NCBI GenBank assembly: GCA_964510965.1
Contig: CAZECX010000003.1
Location: 9,670 to 73,669, forward strand
Length of the DNA: 64,000 nucleotides
Origin: an uncultured Nitrospina sp.
Lineage (GTDB): Bacteria; Nitrospinota; Nitrospinia; Nitrospinales; VA-1
Direction of reading: 5' to 3'
Made by a program: the position numbers and the translations under genes. Below the pieces are notes generated by a model. It saw only the letters and a program-made list of their open reading frames with translations. It ran no database searches and was not told the origin of the DNA. Below, in pieces: positions 63,917 to 64,000 of this stretch. The first letter of the stretch is position 1, and the number at the start of each line of letters is the position of its first letter.

Positions 63917-64000
63917 AGCTGAAGAAAAAACGAAAAATAATCGTATCTTAAAACCGCTGAAAAACCGCATGTTTTTTTAATTCAATAATTTGCCTGATTT

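Noticed and set aside
1-64000. CRISPR arrays, rRNA or tRNA genes, prophage modules, toxin-antitoxin or nuclease/ATPase-type defence systems.
   Set aside because: No regularly spaced direct repeats, no structural-RNA-like GC-rich segments, and no ORFs with nuclease, helicase, ATPase or phage structural motifs were seen. Every long ORF is accounted for by glycan-biosynthesis or pilus/secretion functions or is an unassigned enzyme-like protein.

Overview
This is an AT-rich (roughly 40% GC by eye), densely coding bacterial segment. All calls rest on reading the sequence and ORF translations and on recalled family motifs; no searches were run.

Positions ~1-58,050 form one large, strand-switching surface-glycan biosynthesis and tailoring island. 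It contains four recognisable groups of genes:
- Nonulosonic-acid (sialic/legionaminic/pseudaminic-type) genes: one NeuB-family synthase, two CMP-sugar-acid cytidylyltransferase-family genes, two DegT-type aminotransferases, two NeuD/PglD-type acetyltransferases, and several SDR epimerase/dehydratases.
- A self-contained GDP-heptose module: GmhA, an HddA-like kinase, GmhB and an HddC-like transferase, with transaldolase inside the module and 6-phosphogluconolactonase about 3 kb upstream.
- GT2 glycosyltransferases, three class I methyltransferases, a PhyH-type dioxygenase and a large polytopic membrane protein.
- An NRPS-like aminoacylation module: a stand-alone adenylation enzyme, a carrier-protein::AAC(3)-fold fusion and a formyltransferase.

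The most unusual feature is ten intact radical-SAM genes. Seven have N-terminal cobalamin-binding-type domains, and there is one further 5' remnant.

The island also carries a degraded transposase, a ~170-bp duplicated promoter/5'-gene segment, and G7-G8 homopolymer tracts inside tailoring genes. No flippase, polymerase, initiating phosphoglycosyltransferase, rRNA, tRNA or CRISPR array was recognised.

Positions ~58,095-63,920 encode a type II secretion / type IV pilus-like cluster in GspH-I-J-K-L-M-C-like order. It includes a fused PilM-PilN (GspL-like) protein and is preceded by a consensus sigma70-type promoter.
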